A stretch of DNA of 64,000 nt from positions 620,001 through 684,000 of the forward strand of contig JASVEC010000025.1 of assembly GCA_030770535.1 (NCBI GenBank), read 5' to 3'. The DNA comes from Batkoa obscura (taxonomy: Eukaryota). The position numbers and the translations under genes were made by a program. Shown here piece after piece: positions 1 through 13,919 of this stretch (positions are counted from its first letter, which is position 1; each line of letters starts with the position of its first letter). Below the pieces are notes generated by a model. The model was not told where the DNA came from, searched no databases, and saw nothing but the letters and a program-made list of their open reading frames with translations.

Positions 1-285
1 CAATTTAAACATGGATTGGTCATCATCAATTTTTTATTTGGTAAGTATAAAAATAGAAATTGTTATGATAATTGAATTCAGCCAATATAAATAAAAAATG
101 CTCAACTACATTTAATTTATTTTTGTGGTATCATTAAGTTTTTTAAATAGAACATGAATGTTGATATAACTACTTAAACAGGATTTAAAAGAATTGGATT
201 CGAAAAAAAAGTATATAAAGGATATAATAAAATAAATTGAGATTATAGATATAAAGTAGTCTTAAAATTCAATTTGGCTCAAAAC

Positions 286-1520
286 ATGAGCGAGGATCCC
301 TTTTCAGTATATATCAGAGTAGAAGTATACCCAGTAATGTCAAAAATTTCAATTACCTTTGCTTCACTAGCGGTGCTGACAATGATAGCATTATGTAATT
401 TATAAAATCGTTTAATTTAAAACAGATTAAAAATAAATAGCAATATACGATTTTAAATTAGTTAATAGGGTAACGCTTAGGTTGCAAACTGCTATTTCAT
501 GCTATGATATCTGGTTACATTCTGTCCCGCTTTGGGCTCGTGTACATGCTACTCCTGAATCAATCCTATGCCCTTTTATTGGCTACCAGGGTGTGGCTTT
601 TCCTTTACTTTATTGCTTTCTTAATGTTGCTATTGGAATCAATTTACAATTAGTTTTTATACATGGGATTAAAACAACGAAAAAAATTGAAGCAGCTTAC
701 TGGATTGGATCCATTTTACTTACTCTAATAATTACTGTTCCACCGCTTGGTATATTTATATTTTATGAACTTATAAATTTATATTAATATAATTTATACA
801 GCTATGGGGTTGTTTGGATATAGTGATTTCAATGGATGTTATCTCAAAACAGATGATGAAACTTTTGCTAGAACATTTCATTTCTTTACCAATCCTTTAG
901 TTATGTTTACTTGTATGGCTTATTTATTAATCGTTGTGATTTTGGTGTTGATAAAATTATATCGTGGATTAACTATAACAGAAGAGCAAAAACTGGCAAC
1001 AGACAATAGCCGATTGCTTGAAAGTATCAAACATATTAAGCTACTTGCTTCTAGAATGTGAGGCTTTATATTGTTATATGTAAATTACTAAAATAGATTT
1101 AGATTATTATATCCGATAATCATGATATTCACTCACATTGGCCTAGCATTAGGCAAAGCGATCTATGATCTCAGTGGTGCTGACTTTCCAGGATTAGATA
1201 TTTTTACCTATATTACTTTGGGAATGCTAGGAACACTTAATTTTATCGCTTTTTGTTGTGATCCTACTATGCATTCAGCAGTTGAGGAAGCCTATTTGAG
1301 GTTTGTTGGTAGGAAAAGGTCTTGTGATAGCACAGATATTGCGAGTAGCTTTGTATAAGGATAAGTATGAACAAATTTACTTAATTTTAGATAATAGAAG
1401 GTTAAACTTTTTTACTGTCAATATCAACTTAGATTATTTAACGGTTTAGATTCTTCATCACTTAAGCCAGAAGAAGCTTATAAAAAATGGCTAAAGCATT
1501 TATTCGAGTTTTATAGTTAA
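286..1520 (+). CDS. 7TM GPCR-like receptor, copy 1 (cAMP-receptor/Git3-like), multi-exon; 3' end uncertain
   Basis: ATG at 286. Introns 395-440, 750-801 and 1058-1102 join the ORF-track pieces in frame: MSEDPFSVYIRVEVYPVMSK...LVNRVTLRLQT...NLQLVFIH...YPIIM...GTLNFIAFCCDP. Seven hydrophobic stretches. Splicing of the last exon(s) is ambiguous. Confidence 0.75.
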
Positions 1521-2540
1521 TTTAAATACTATGCCCTGAAAAAATGCTCCTAGATTAGCAGTTAACTTTAAACACTATTTCTCAGAGACTAGTAGTTAAA
1601 AATTTATTGCTTTTTCACATGTATATTTTTTACATACCTATTAATTCATATATAAATATTAGTTTTATTGATCAAATATTGGATACAATATTATAGTTTA
1701 TTTAAACAATAAAAATTGAGTTGGCTACTGATTCACATTTTTGAGAATATTAATTTTTATTATTATTTATCCATATTGAACGGTTTGGTTTATTGAAAAC
1801 AGTTTAAGAATTTGAAAAAAATCAATATATGTAATACCTAAAGAAAGTTTGAAGATTTAGAAGATATGAAAATACTGTAATGGGGAAGTCAGGTTTTTCA
1901 CTACTTCAAAAAGTAAGGCAAACTGCGCTTCTTTAAAGGTTTATTCACACTTCTTTGGCCTGTTCAAGGTTTAAACTTTGGACTTTGGATGAGGAGGAAC
2001 AGTATTTTACCACTAGACCATCTCTCATCTGCTTACACTTTTGAGATTTTTTTTAAGAAGGATTAAAACCAAAAAATCGGGCCATAGGCTTAAACGAGTC
2101 CAAAAAAACAAGGATAGTCTACCAACCTAATTTTAAAACTATTAATAATCCACCTCCAATCTATGCTCTATTCCTAGAATAGGCGATTTTGGTAAGACAT
2201 TTTGGCAAACATGCTTTTACTTCAGTATTTTGATCCTATAATAGCTACAGATGGGTAGCTGGTCCTTTTTGCCCTTCGGGTATTACTCGCAAAGCCTCAT
2301 CTTGTATATGTTTTTAATCTAGTCTTTTCTTTTTTCTAAACAAATCACTGGATATTCCTTTAGAACAGGTATATTTAAATAGAACAGGATTTTATCAAGT
2401 GATACAATTGGAACTTCTAATAAACTAGTTTAATAAGAAATGTAACCAAATAAACAAATATATTAAAGGACATCAATCTTTGCATATAATAGTATATAAA
2501 GATCACAGCTTGACAATCTACTTTTGATTTATTCAATAAC

Positions 2541-3769
2541 ATGGGAACTATTGATGACATACACTATATAATCAAATACCAAGTTTACCCAATAATGTCA
2601 AAAATATCACTTATTTTGGCTTCAATAGTAGTGTTAGCAATGATAGTAATATGTAATTTATAATATTATTTAGATTAAAGCGTATTAAAACAAGTAGCAA
2701 TAATTGATTATAAGTTAGTTGATAGAGTGACTCTTAGGTTACAAACTGCAATTTCATCTTATGATATCTGGTTACATTGTATTCCATTTTGGTCTCGTCA
2801 GTTTAATTATGAAGGATCTCCTTTGTGTACTTTTATTGGTTATCAAGGCGTGGCTTTTCCCTTATTTTATTGCTTTCTTAATGTTGCTATTGGAATCAAT
2901 TTACAATTAGTTTTTATACATGGGATTAAAACAACGAAAAAAATTGAAGCAGCTTACTGGATTGGATCCATTTTACTTACTCTAATAATTACTGTTCCAC
3001 CGCTTGGTATATTTATATTTTATGAACTTATAAATTTATATTAATATAATTTATACAGCTATGGGGTTGTTTGGATATAACAAGTTTAATAGATGTTATA
3101 TTGCAATGGAAGATGAAAAATATACCAGAATGCTCCATTTTTATACTAATGTTTTGGTTATGATTTTTTGTATGATATATCTGTTGATTATAGTAATACT
3201 AGTTGGGTTTAGAATATATCGTGGAGTCAATTTGATGAGTGAACAAGGAGGAATAATAGATGACAACCGACCAAAAAAAAGTGTTAAAAATATCAAATTA
3301 TTTGCCTCAAGAATGTAAGATCTTATATTTTACATTATATTAATTTGTTAAATAAACTTCAGTGTGTTATATCCTATAATCATGATATTTACTCATTCTG
3401 GGCTTGTGTTAACAAAAACAATATATGATCTCACTGGTGTTGCTTCATTAGAGGCTGACGCTTTTGGGTATATTACTATTGGGCTACTCGGAAGTCTTAA
3501 TTGCACTGCATTTTTCCTTGATCCAACTGTACACCATGCGCTTAAGGCTATATACAATAAAATTACAGAGAACCAAAAGATTACTATAAAACAACCTAAT
3601 GAAATGGGTAAATCGGTTTCATTTTAACTAAATAATTTATTGACTTTGAATAGATTGTAATAACGAGTTCGAATTGACTACATTTACAAATGTAGCCAGG
3701 GAAAACGTTAAGAATGAAGCTGAGAGACCTATTTCATTTCATTTTTCCAATTTTATTAAAAGTTTATAG
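2541..3769 (+). CDS. 7TM GPCR-like receptor, copy 2, five exons
   Basis: ATG at 2541, same intron positions as the paralogues, ends NFIKSL-TAG at 3769. No internal stop seen after splicing. Confidence 0.8.
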
Positions 3770-5556
3770 TTTTATATTATATTTTAAATTCAAATCAAAT
3801 ATTAATTGTTTAGTTAGTCATTTTTATATTTCATAATAGTAATAATCTTATTTTTTGATTTATTTGCACTTAAATTGTTAGCTGAGCTTTTCTATAAAAT
3901 ACATGAACGCTTTATTTATTTTTACTAAAAAAAAGTATCAAAGTAAAAAATTGGTCACTGTTTATTTAATTATATTTTCAATTATATTAAGACATTACTG
4001 CTTATAAGTTGTATAAAGTATGTATATAATAGTAACATGTTAATTTTAAAGTATGATCAAAATATGCAGCCACTAAATATTTTACTTATCAATCTTTTAA
4101 AATTTATAGTCAAATCAAAATTTAGATAGCAATAATACACAAATTTAATAATATAAACATGTTACCATCTATACAGAGTCAAGCTTTTTTTGGCTGTCAA
4201 TCCTGTAAAAAATAGTTGTATTTTTAGAAATACTTGAAAGATTATTAATTTCAAGTTTTTAAAGAACAGAATATTAAATAACTTAACCTACATCATGTTT
4301 GATCACATTTTTCAAATTTTTGTAAGTGTATAATCACGCTTTATGTACTTTTAATCCTTTGTTCCATATATCCATTCAGTATGCAATGTTTTTAATCCAG
4401 AAAAATAGAGTTTATGATTGATAACTTTTATAGCTCAATGTCGCTAAAAAGTAGCCAATTTTGAATAGCCAAAATATTATCTTTTTTACTAAGTTGTAAA
4501 ACGTTCTTCACCACATTTTCCATTTTTTACAGAATAGTTAATTTTAATAAATGCAAATTATTAGTACAAAAAATCATTGTTTGATCTATGATAATTCTAA
4601 ACCCTAAGTTTGTCTACTGTAGGGCCTCACTACCAAGTAACACACAGATTGACATTAGATAATAGAATTTTCTCAAATGAGCTGTTAACACTATGGGTAA
4701 ATCCAAATATTAAGGCAAACTTTGAAGCTCTGCTGCTAAGAATTTTATATATCACTATATATTTATGCTGCGAAACATATAGCCTGGACGTTATAATATT
4801 TCTTGTTTTTAATATTTTAAATAATTAGTAATTAATATATTGCAACTATATATATTAACGTCTGACCAATAAGTCATTTTGCTTTTATGTTTATACTATT
4901 ACATGTTATACTTATAACGCCATTTTAGAATTTATATAAATTGTCTAATTATGTTTGATTAAATAGTTTATATATAATTAAGAGCTTCGTTGACATGAAT
5001 AGCTCTACTCTAAATTTAAAAAATACACTACATATTTATGCTTCATATAACTATATGTGTATAGTTGAACAAAAGATCGTATACAAATTATAAGTTAAAT
5101 TGCATTATTGGTCTAACATTTCTAAACAAGTAGCTGAATCGTTCTGTTTTAAATTAACTTGTAATTAAAAAACCTACTAACAAATGCTATAAAAACCCAG
5201 TTAACTCATACTAAAGCTTTATAAGGTTTTACATATAATTACGTTTATTACTACTCATCTGTGTTATGTGCTTACATCTCATTTTAATATTAATTTAAAT
5301 GTCTTTAATTACACTTATCGCGCAAACTGAAAATGATTTCTTTATCCATGTGAGGCTTTAAAGTTATAAAAATAATTAATTAAATCTAATTTTAGAAAAA
5401 GAACTTTAAATAGAATTTGAAGATTTAAATAGTCTATCAAATAGTAACTTAGGGAACGATAATATTTATGATGCTATTTTGAAGTTTTCAATCGTCACAG
5501 AAGCGGTGAAATGCAGTATTAACGTACTAAAGTAAAATTATAAGGTACAAAAAGAT

Positions 5557-5655
5557 GAGGATGTTTTTTTTGGCTTCATCACTTTCTCCATTTTTTAAGC
5601 GCTATTTGAGCAGAAAGATTATTAGTAGAATTCTTAAATAAAAAAACACATTCCC
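5557..5655. mobile_element. MITE (~99 bp family) immediately upstream of the SPRY gene start codon
   Basis: GAGGATGTTTTTTTTGG...ACACATTCCC; flanks AGAT/AAAT. The right flank overlaps the ATG at 5658. Confidence 0.85.
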
Positions 5656-5657
5656 AA

Positions 5658-6476
5658 ATGATTGCTTACGTTGTAATCGGAGGCTTTTGCCTTTTATTAT
5701 TTGCCTTACTGCCTTACATATATAAGCACTATTATGTTACTTCTAATAATGACTCTAATAAAATAAGCACCAGGACCGAGGTTGACAATAGGCCTATAAG
5801 TAGGGATAGGAATACACAAGTTGGAGAAGGTAGTGTTCTAATCGAGCCAACTTCAGAAATACTAGAGAATACTTTAATTATAAAAAGCTATAAATTTAGC
5901 GTTAGTACTGAAGAACAAGATAAAATTAGCGAAAAAGAAAAGCATCATGTACTTTTTAGCGATGATTGCATTATACAAGCAAAGCGCCAAGACTTAAATC
6001 CAGAGTCCCTCTATTATGAGATTGAATTAGTTGATTTCGCTGATGACTTTGAGTTATTGTTTGGGTATGCAGATAAAAGTACTTCTAAAATTCATGGTAA
6101 TTTGATATTTTCAATACTAAATTTACAATTTTACTAATTCATTATAGGATCCCATATTTTGCTAAATAATAAAATATATGGTGTAAATGTAAATGAAAAG
6201 CAATATCCAAATGCTTTTGTTCACACTCTCAAAAAGGATGATATTATAGGATGTTTCTATGATTTAGTATCAAATGAGATAACATTTACTTATAATGGTA
6301 ATGATTTATGTTATTATCAATTCCAATCTAATATAATGTATCCTACGATATATAGTACCAAAGGTACTCTACTTAAATACAATGTTGGAAATCAACCATT
6401 CCTTTATCGACGAGCTAATCAACTTAAGCTTGGTTTAGCAGATGACTATGTACAAGAGGTTCCCCCTAATTATTAG
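5658..6476 (+). CDS. TM-SPRY-PPxY protein, Ssh4/Ear1-like Rsp5 adaptor, copy A
   Basis: N-terminal TM segment; intron 6097-6147; SPRY-like motifs YYEIE, DIIGCFYD, TFTYNG, YPTI, NVGNQPF..AN...GL; C-terminal PPNY. Confidence 0.75.
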
Positions 6477-7124
6477 TTTGAGCTTTCAATATCACTTTTA
6501 GTATCTAAGGAACATAAAGTTTCAACAACTCAACTGCATTATTAAGTAATTGAATAGAACATTATGTTTTTTTAAAACTTTAGATAAAGAAAGAATATAA
6601 AATAGATGATCAAAAAAGGGAGCGTTTTAAACTATTAAATGATTCCTATAACTCACTAAATGTTTGTTATGACAACTTAGTTACTTTATATTTAGATAAA
6701 TAAAAGTTTAATTTAATTAAAGGTGTATTTTTCTGTTTGATTTGGGTTTAAATTTTCAAAATCTGTAAACGAATGCCTTTTTCCACACCATAAAAAATGG
6801 GTGAAATAATGTAGAATAAAACTTCAAAATTTTATTAGTAAAATAATAAAATGAATACGCTCTTACTAACTAAAATAAAAACATAAATATTTGAGTTGAT
6901 GAACCCTAGGAACTGAACCATTCATAGGGAGCCTTACTGGAATCACAGGAGTAGTTTCCATATTTTTCATATCTTTGGTAGAATGAGAAAGTCGAAATGG
7001 AAGTTATACATGTTCTAATTTCCATGAAGTCCCTCATTGAATGAAGAGATGAAGGTGGCGGCGGGTTGAAATGGGGAGAGGTAAAACTCGTAAAGTTCAA
7101 AAAAAATCTATACTACAAAAAAAC

Positions 7125-8313
7125 AAAAGCTTAATAAATTTCAAATGTAAATTGGTATTGTTATAGTTGTTTTTGTCGTAATCTTTAACAGATATTTATC
7201 GTTAAAATTCACAAAAATAACATGAAAATAACTAAATAAATAGCACCACTCCGAGTACAAAACATAGTAAATTATTAGTTACAAGGTTATTAAAAACTTT
7301 TTTACAATTCTATAATATACTGCTTTGATCACATGGTGAATAGTTAGATCAGAAAAGAGAACCATAAAATCAAGAGTCCCCAATAACCTATCTGCTGTAT
7401 AAATTAAAACCTTTAATTCAGGAGCCTCGAAATTAGAAAGACCATAAACGGTTTGATTGATTACTAACTCAATATGGTAAATGATCACAGTTATAGGATA
7501 TGATACACTAAAAGCTTGTGTTAATTTGATAATTTATGCTAATGAAATACTTTACATCCTCGAAGTAAATAGCTTTATATTTTTGATACCTTCAGCTAAT
7601 TAACTAGTATCTATATCTACTTTTCTTCTTTTGTTACGTTCAGCACCTTAAATAGCTTAGTGAGAATAAAGATCACAATTATTAATAGATGAGCCATAGA
7701 AAGTATTGTAGTTAAATTATTTGCATAGAAATAAAACAATTTAATAACATTTTCACCCTCCACAACAATGAAACATCCAGTGTAACAACCATACCCAATT
7801 AATCCCGTTGCTAGGGCAAAATTGTATTATTATATGCTCACAAATACCTCAAATAGTATTATACCAAGTGGAGAAATTATAACTAATAATAGAAGCACAG
7901 AAGTACTAATTCAGTAGCCAACTTCAATTTTTTTTAGCTACATTGATGTTATGTATAAATACTAACTGTAAACTAATTCTAATAGCAGCTTTAAGGAAAC
8001 TATAATATAAGGGAAAGAATGATAGCTAATGACTGATAAAAATACATAATAGAGATTCTTCATAATTATAAGTTTGATTCCATAATGGTAAGGAATGCAA
8101 CCAAATATTATACATTATAATATCAGTTTATAAGTATAGGGTTGCCCTATCTACTAGTTTTCAATTGAACCATTACGTTGATGATTTAATATTATAAAAC
8201 TTACTCAATGCAATCATTGTAAGTACAACTACGACTGTTAATACCAACGATATTTTGCACACTGCTGGATAAACCACTTTACTTATATACTTTGCATATT
8301 CAATAACATTCAT
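7125..8313 (-). pseudogene. GPCR-like paralogue, copy 3, pseudogene
   Basis: The reverse strand reads MNVIEYAKYISKVVYPAVCKIS... and is homologous to copies 1, 2 and 4. The conserved GYW is changed to GY-TGA (~7910). 3' boundary approximate. Confidence 0.7.
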
Positions 8314-8447
8314 ATTGGCCAAAAAATCACTTTTATCATAAATAGTAGTTTTTTATTGTGTTTATACAATTTTTGTTCCTATTGTTTTAGTTCTTTAGTT
8401 TAATTTTCAACTATAGTCTAAAAATAATATGACTCATTCAATTAAAT

Positions 8448-8546
8448 GGGGATGTATTTTTGTGTTTAAGAATTTTACTAACAATTTTTCCGCTTAAATA
8501 GCGCTTAAAAAATGGAAAAGGTGATGAAGTCAAAAAAAACATCCCC
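8448..8546. mobile_element. MITE copy
   Basis: GGGGATG...CATCCCC with AAAT on both sides. Confidence 0.9.
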
Positions 8547-8862
8547 AAATTATGAAATTTACTTTTTCTTTAGCCTGATTACTTTTTAAGGTTAAGACTT
8601 AAAAAATATATTATCGATATTCATAAACAATAAAAAAACAGACTCCTATTTTTTAATATCATATAAAGTAAAACACTAAATGGTTGATTTAAACAATATA
8701 ATAACTATACCAGTTTATTATTTTTAGTTTTAGTGGTCTCATTGGATGATAATAGATTGATAATATTTAATAGTTTGTACCACTGGTTAATAACGATATA
8801 AAATTTTTGAAAGGTTAATGTATCCCATATTATCGCTATGATATTTTGATTAAATAACATAT

Positions 8863-8958
8863 GGGGATGTTTTTTTTGGTTTCATTACTTTTCCATTTTT
8901 AAGCGCTATTTGAGCGGAAAAATTGTTAGTAAAATTCTTAAATAAAAAAGACATCCCC
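8863..8958. mobile_element. MITE copy
   Basis: GGGGATG...CATCCCC with ATAT on both sides; opposite orientation to the copy at 8448. Confidence 0.9.
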
Positions 8959-10220
8959 ATATCTTATTTGCATTTCAATAATTTTAATTATTAAGTTATT
9001 AAACTATACATATTGTTTAATAAATTAATTTGGTTTAAATTTTAAAATAAAATTTAAAACAGTTAATCATTTCATCAGTATTTATAATTTATTCAACATA
9101 AAACTATTTTTCAACAATGGAAAAATGAATATAAAACAAAAAAAAAATTCGAATATTATATTAAAAAAATCCCAAAAGAGCAAAGGCTCCTAGGCGTATA
9201 TTATCAAGGGTAAAAAACATACTACAAGTAAACTGATCAAAACAAGGACAAAGGTAAGGAGGGAGAGCTGATAGAAAAGGGAAAGCTAGGGAAGTGATAG
9301 AAAATTTCACTTGACATTTAACAGCTTTAAGTCTAAAAGGTTGTACTTAATAGCTTAAAAATACATTTTAGTTAAAGTGAGACAGATGTTCAAAAGAGCA
9401 AAGGAGGTAGTGGATGCGGCGATTTGTTTAGCTGATAAGTTTTTGTAAATAAAGTGGATAACTCATATCCCAATAATTATAATAAAAGCTTGAGACGAGG
9501 GTAATAAAAAGGTAAAGACAAACTTTATAATTTATAGATAGAATTTCTTATATCATTATAAAACAATTTTTTATTATAACTATTGAAATTAATTTATTAT
9601 AATAATTATAGAAATAATTAGAACTATAAAAAAACAAGTTAATTTTAGTAACTTACATTATCCATGTGAGACACTAGAAAAACAATGATATTTTATTTTG
9701 CTAGGAAATAGTTAGTGAATGATAAAGCATTAAATCGATCATTTGAATAATATGAGGCAACGAAAGGGAGGATTTTAGTTCTAAATTTAAAAGGATTCAA
9801 TTGATTATTTTATTTTATTTGGTTTCATTTATTTTAAGATATAAATAAAAAATAAATTGTTTGAATTAAAACAAAATATTACAAAACTCTCAATAGACAA
9901 TATAAAATAGAAAGTATACCTAATCCAAAAAGAATAGACTGTAATTACGAAATTTCGCTCTAGATTTTAACAATAATACGAAGGTCACGGGCTTTACTAA
10001 AGTAGCAACGACATTTAGGTGAGTGACCATCACTTGATAACCCTTATTACAAATACACTAAATCATAGTAGAATTTAAAATATAAATTTATCGCTAAAAT
10101 CCTATCCTTAATATTCGAATAAAAAAAGAAAATAAAGCATAAATAAAAAAAGGATAAATAGGAAAGAATTTCAAAAAAACTATTAAAAATTTTATTATTA
10201 TTATTATTATTAAAGAAAAA

Positions 10221-12004
10221 ATGAATTCTTTAATTTCGATTTTACTTTTATCTTTAAATATCAATACCATTTTGTAAGTTTTCCTATATCACTTCCTAAT
10301 TACCATATACTAACCCTCATTCTTTTCATTAGCTCTTCTGGTATTCATCATGTAAAACTCCATCAAGAAGGTGATCGCTCTAAAGCTTGTCTCATTATCT
10401 CTGAAAGCGAGAACATCACTTACAAAGACTTAAACTCTAATGATGTTAATGCTCTTTCTATTCTCAGTAAGCCAGCAATCTCTTCCGCTAACGATAATTT
10501 AACCAAAGAATCTGTAAACTCCAATATCATTGAGCTTTATTCTTATAGTAAATCCACTATTGATGCTCATATTCAGTCCATATGTAGTAAAATAGAAAAT
10601 TTAAAACCATTATCTTCCTCGGCTAAGAATAGCAACGATGATGTCGCTATTAATGCTCCCGATGTACGTAAAGTTGTAGATAACGGGGATGCAGCTAATC
10701 GTATTGATGTTGTATTTATGGGGGATGGTTATACGGTTTCAGAGAAAACTAAATTCTTTTCTGATATTTCAAGGTTAACTACAGATATGTTTGAAGGCCC
10801 TACTTTTAAATCATGGTTACCCCTATTTAATATTTGGGCCATTCATGTGGAGTCTGTTGATTCTGGTATTGGTTATAATGGTGCTAAAAACACACCATTT
10901 AAATTATATCGTGAAGCTGGCCAATTGAGAGCTATATTTACTGGAAATTCTAATTATGCTCGTCAAATTTGTCAATTGACTGGTAGTAATGCTTGCGATT
11001 ATCCAAGCTTAATTGCCAATGACGATTATTATGGAGGTTTAGGTGGAGAATTTGTAATTTCTACTAAATCAGCAAGAACCGGTACCGTTGTGTTACGTCA
11101 TGAAATGGGTCATAATTTTGTATCTGTTGGTGAAGAATATGATAATGGGCAAGTTTATTCAGGTGTTAATGCAGCTACCTCAATTAACACTGGATGGAAA
11201 AATTGGGTATCTGGGCCTGTAAGAGAAGAAAAAGCCATTTATAGATTATTGGAATATCCTTGGCATAATCTTGCTAATGGTCAAAAATCTTTTACTTTTA
11301 CATCCGATGGTAAATTTAAAAGGTGGTATTTATTGACTTCAGTTACTGCTGCTGGTGAAGCTAATTCTTTAGAATTTGTTCTTGATGGCAAAGTACTACC
11401 TTGGCAAGCAAGAGGTAGTGATGATCGTGAATTCTACGACTGGCGTGGAGAACAAGGATTTACAGCTGGTACTCATACCTTAACTGTAAGATCTAAGACA
11501 GCTTCAACAAATCAAGATATACCACGTATGATTGCCTCAGTTACACTACATGAATTTGGAAGTGAAAATGAATTCAAAATAGCTAATGATAATTATTCCG
11601 CTTACCCTACTTGGGATGTTAATCGTAGAAAAACATATCGTCCAACTAACGCAGGTTGTTTAATGAGGAACATGACCCATAATTCTTTCTGTAATGTTTG
11701 CAAAGAAGGTATGTGGTTCCAATTTTTAAAACGTATTTCATTGATTGATGGGGTAAAGGCAAGTAAAACTAAAATTTCTTTATCTACTCTTAAAATTGGT
11801 CAATTCCGTACACCTACTCCTGTGCCTGGTGAAAAATTAAGCATTACTTGGACTTTAAATAATCAAGTTCAAACCCAATTTAAAGATCAATTGGAGATTT
11901 CGAACCCATCTTCTGGTTCTTGGTCTGTTACTGTGGAATTTATTAGTCCCGAAATTCGTACTGCTTCTACCCATACTAAAGATACAAAATCTTTTACTGT
12001 TTAA
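10221..12004 (+). CDS. Secreted M64-family (IgA peptidase-like) zinc metallopeptidase
   Basis: ATG at 10221 with signal-like MNSLISILLLSLNINTIF. Intron 10274-10332 puts it in frame with ORF 10718-12004. Motifs RIDVVFMGDGYT, HEMGH (HExxH), GCLMR and FCNVC are typical of M64. Confidence 0.85.
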
Positions 12005-12144
12005 ATAAAATAAACAAGCTTGATTATAAAAATTTTTATCAAACTCTATTAAAATATAAAAAATCATTTTAATTACAATCATTTTTTTATTTTTAACTAA
12101 ATTAATCTATAATTCTAAAAAAACGCAGCCCCATCCCCTACTAT

Positions 12145-12612
12145 CTATTCCTCCTTTTTCTTCCCAATTCCCTTCTGCTTCATATATTCTTCCATCTCTT
12201 CCCTATTATCAAACTTCATCACCATTTCATCATTACTTTTAGCAATAGTATCCAAATTCGATTTATAATCTTCAAACCAATTCAAGTTATCTGCAATTAA
12301 ATGTCGGTTATCACATCCAGTACATTGAATTAAGACTACTCCTTGTGTATATGCTACTTTAGAGATTTCGTTACTATTATAGACATTACATACTTTACAT
12401 TTAAAGGTTAAGCTCAGTTTCGCTTCTTTAGTAGTTGAGGAAGGTGGGGGAGGATTATTGGTGGTGGGTAGTTGTTCTTTTAGGCGATAGCTGGTGACGA
12501 AACTGCGAGAGTTTAAATGTATATTTTGGGTGTAGGCGGGTTTACATATTTGCTTTTTGAATTGGGTTAATAAGGGTAATTGTAAGCGTTGATATAGTCT
12601 TGTTGCTCGCAT
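12145..12612 (-). CDS. ZIM17: Mitochondrial DNL zinc-finger Hsp70 escort protein (Zim17/Tim15/Hep1)
   Basis: Basic presequence-like N-terminus; FKCKVC...AYTQGVVLIQCTGCDNRHLIADNLNWF. Confidence 0.9.
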   Translation of the reverse strand: MRATRLYQRLQLPLLTQFKKQICKPAYTQNIHLNSRSFVTSYRLKEQLPTTNNPPPPSSTTKEAKLSLTFKCKVCNVYNSNEISKVAYTQGVVLIQCTGCDNRHLIADNLNWFEDYKSNLDTIAKSNDEMVMKFDNREEMEEYMKQKGIGKKKEE

Positions 12613-12815
12613 GTTTTTTTTGAAATAAAATAAAATTAGGGTAAAAAATTCAGAATTTAATTTGAAGGCTTAGTCTTGGTGTAATGAACTATGAAATAAA
12701 AACCAACCAATTAAATAATGTAGTTTATTGGCAAAATGAATTTCGTAGTTTCAATAAAAAATACAGTTCATTTAAAATTTGTGCTATTTTTTTAAAATTT
12801 GTTAAGTTTGTAGTT

Positions 12816-13812
12816 ATGGAGGAAGAAGGTAAATAAAATGAAATTAAATAATCAATTCAACTAATGTTATTTATATAAGATGGAATAAAGTTATATAATA
12901 ATAGTAAAGAAAGAGGCGAGATATTAAATTTAGCCAATTTACATTCGATAATAATAGCTATGGAATTATTAGAAAAAGGTTATTCTTCTGGTATTATTGA
13001 ACCTGAAGAGTAAGTACCAATTTATCCTCATTAATTCACCAACTCATCAAACATATTCAGTTAACAAAACATTCAATTACTTTATAGATATACGGAAGAG
13101 TGTAATTTATTAATAGCTCAGTATAAAGTGGCTTTAACTTCAGTTAGTAAAAAGATGCCAAACTTGGATACGTTTTTGAAAACTTATCAGGTAACGACAG
13201 GATTTATCTTAGGACTGAGGATGTTGTAGTTTATGATATTATTAATTTAGTTTGAAGCTCCCTTAGCTAAATTTCGATTTCAAGAAGGTTACCCAGCGAC
13301 GCTGTTATTAGCTAAAAATGAAAATAATAATTCTGTTGTTAAAAAAACACTGTTTGCTGGGGAGGTAAGTTAACTATAATATAATACTACTTCTTAATGT
13401 CAATAATATATATAATAATTAATTTTATTAATCTTAAAACTATAGAAATTTATTACAGTTATCGATTCTTTAGAGTTAGGTTATAATCAACCAAGTCAAT
13501 TATTTCCTGAATTATCAGCTTTAGCACAAACGATTAATTCATTAGCTTTAGAATCTAACGGTATTCAAAATTTTGATGGAAAAGATAAAATATTTGATTG
13601 GTAAGATATTTAATAATAATAATAATAATGTAAATATAACAATAATGATAATATATATTATGTCTTATATGCCCTATATTAATTTGTATTATTTTAGGTT
13701 AAGAGTTATAAATTCCATGAAAGCCAATCAAGAATTAACTGAAGATGAAATTCATAATTTTAAATTTGATATTGATAAAGCTTATATTGGATTTAAAGAT
13801 GCCTTGCCTTAA
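12816..13812 (+). CDS. VPS28: ESCRT-I subunit Vps28, six exons
   Basis: Spliced translation gives IKLYNNSKER...LHSIIIAMELLEKGY...YTEECNLLIAQYK...FITVIDSLEL...WLRVINSMKANQELTEDEIHNFKFDIDKAY. Confidence 0.85.
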
Positions 13813-13919
13813 TAGTTGTTATAATAATATAAAACTTAAAGTAAAAAATGTATATATTTATAAATAATTTATTAACTTTATAGAATATATTTATTTTATA
13901 TAATTTACATTTATATAAT

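Noticed and set aside
9975..10040. Possible U5 snRNA (CTTTACTAAAG inside a GGTCAC/GTGACC hairpin)
   Set aside because: It lacks the invariant GCCTTTTAC loop and a convincing Sm site.
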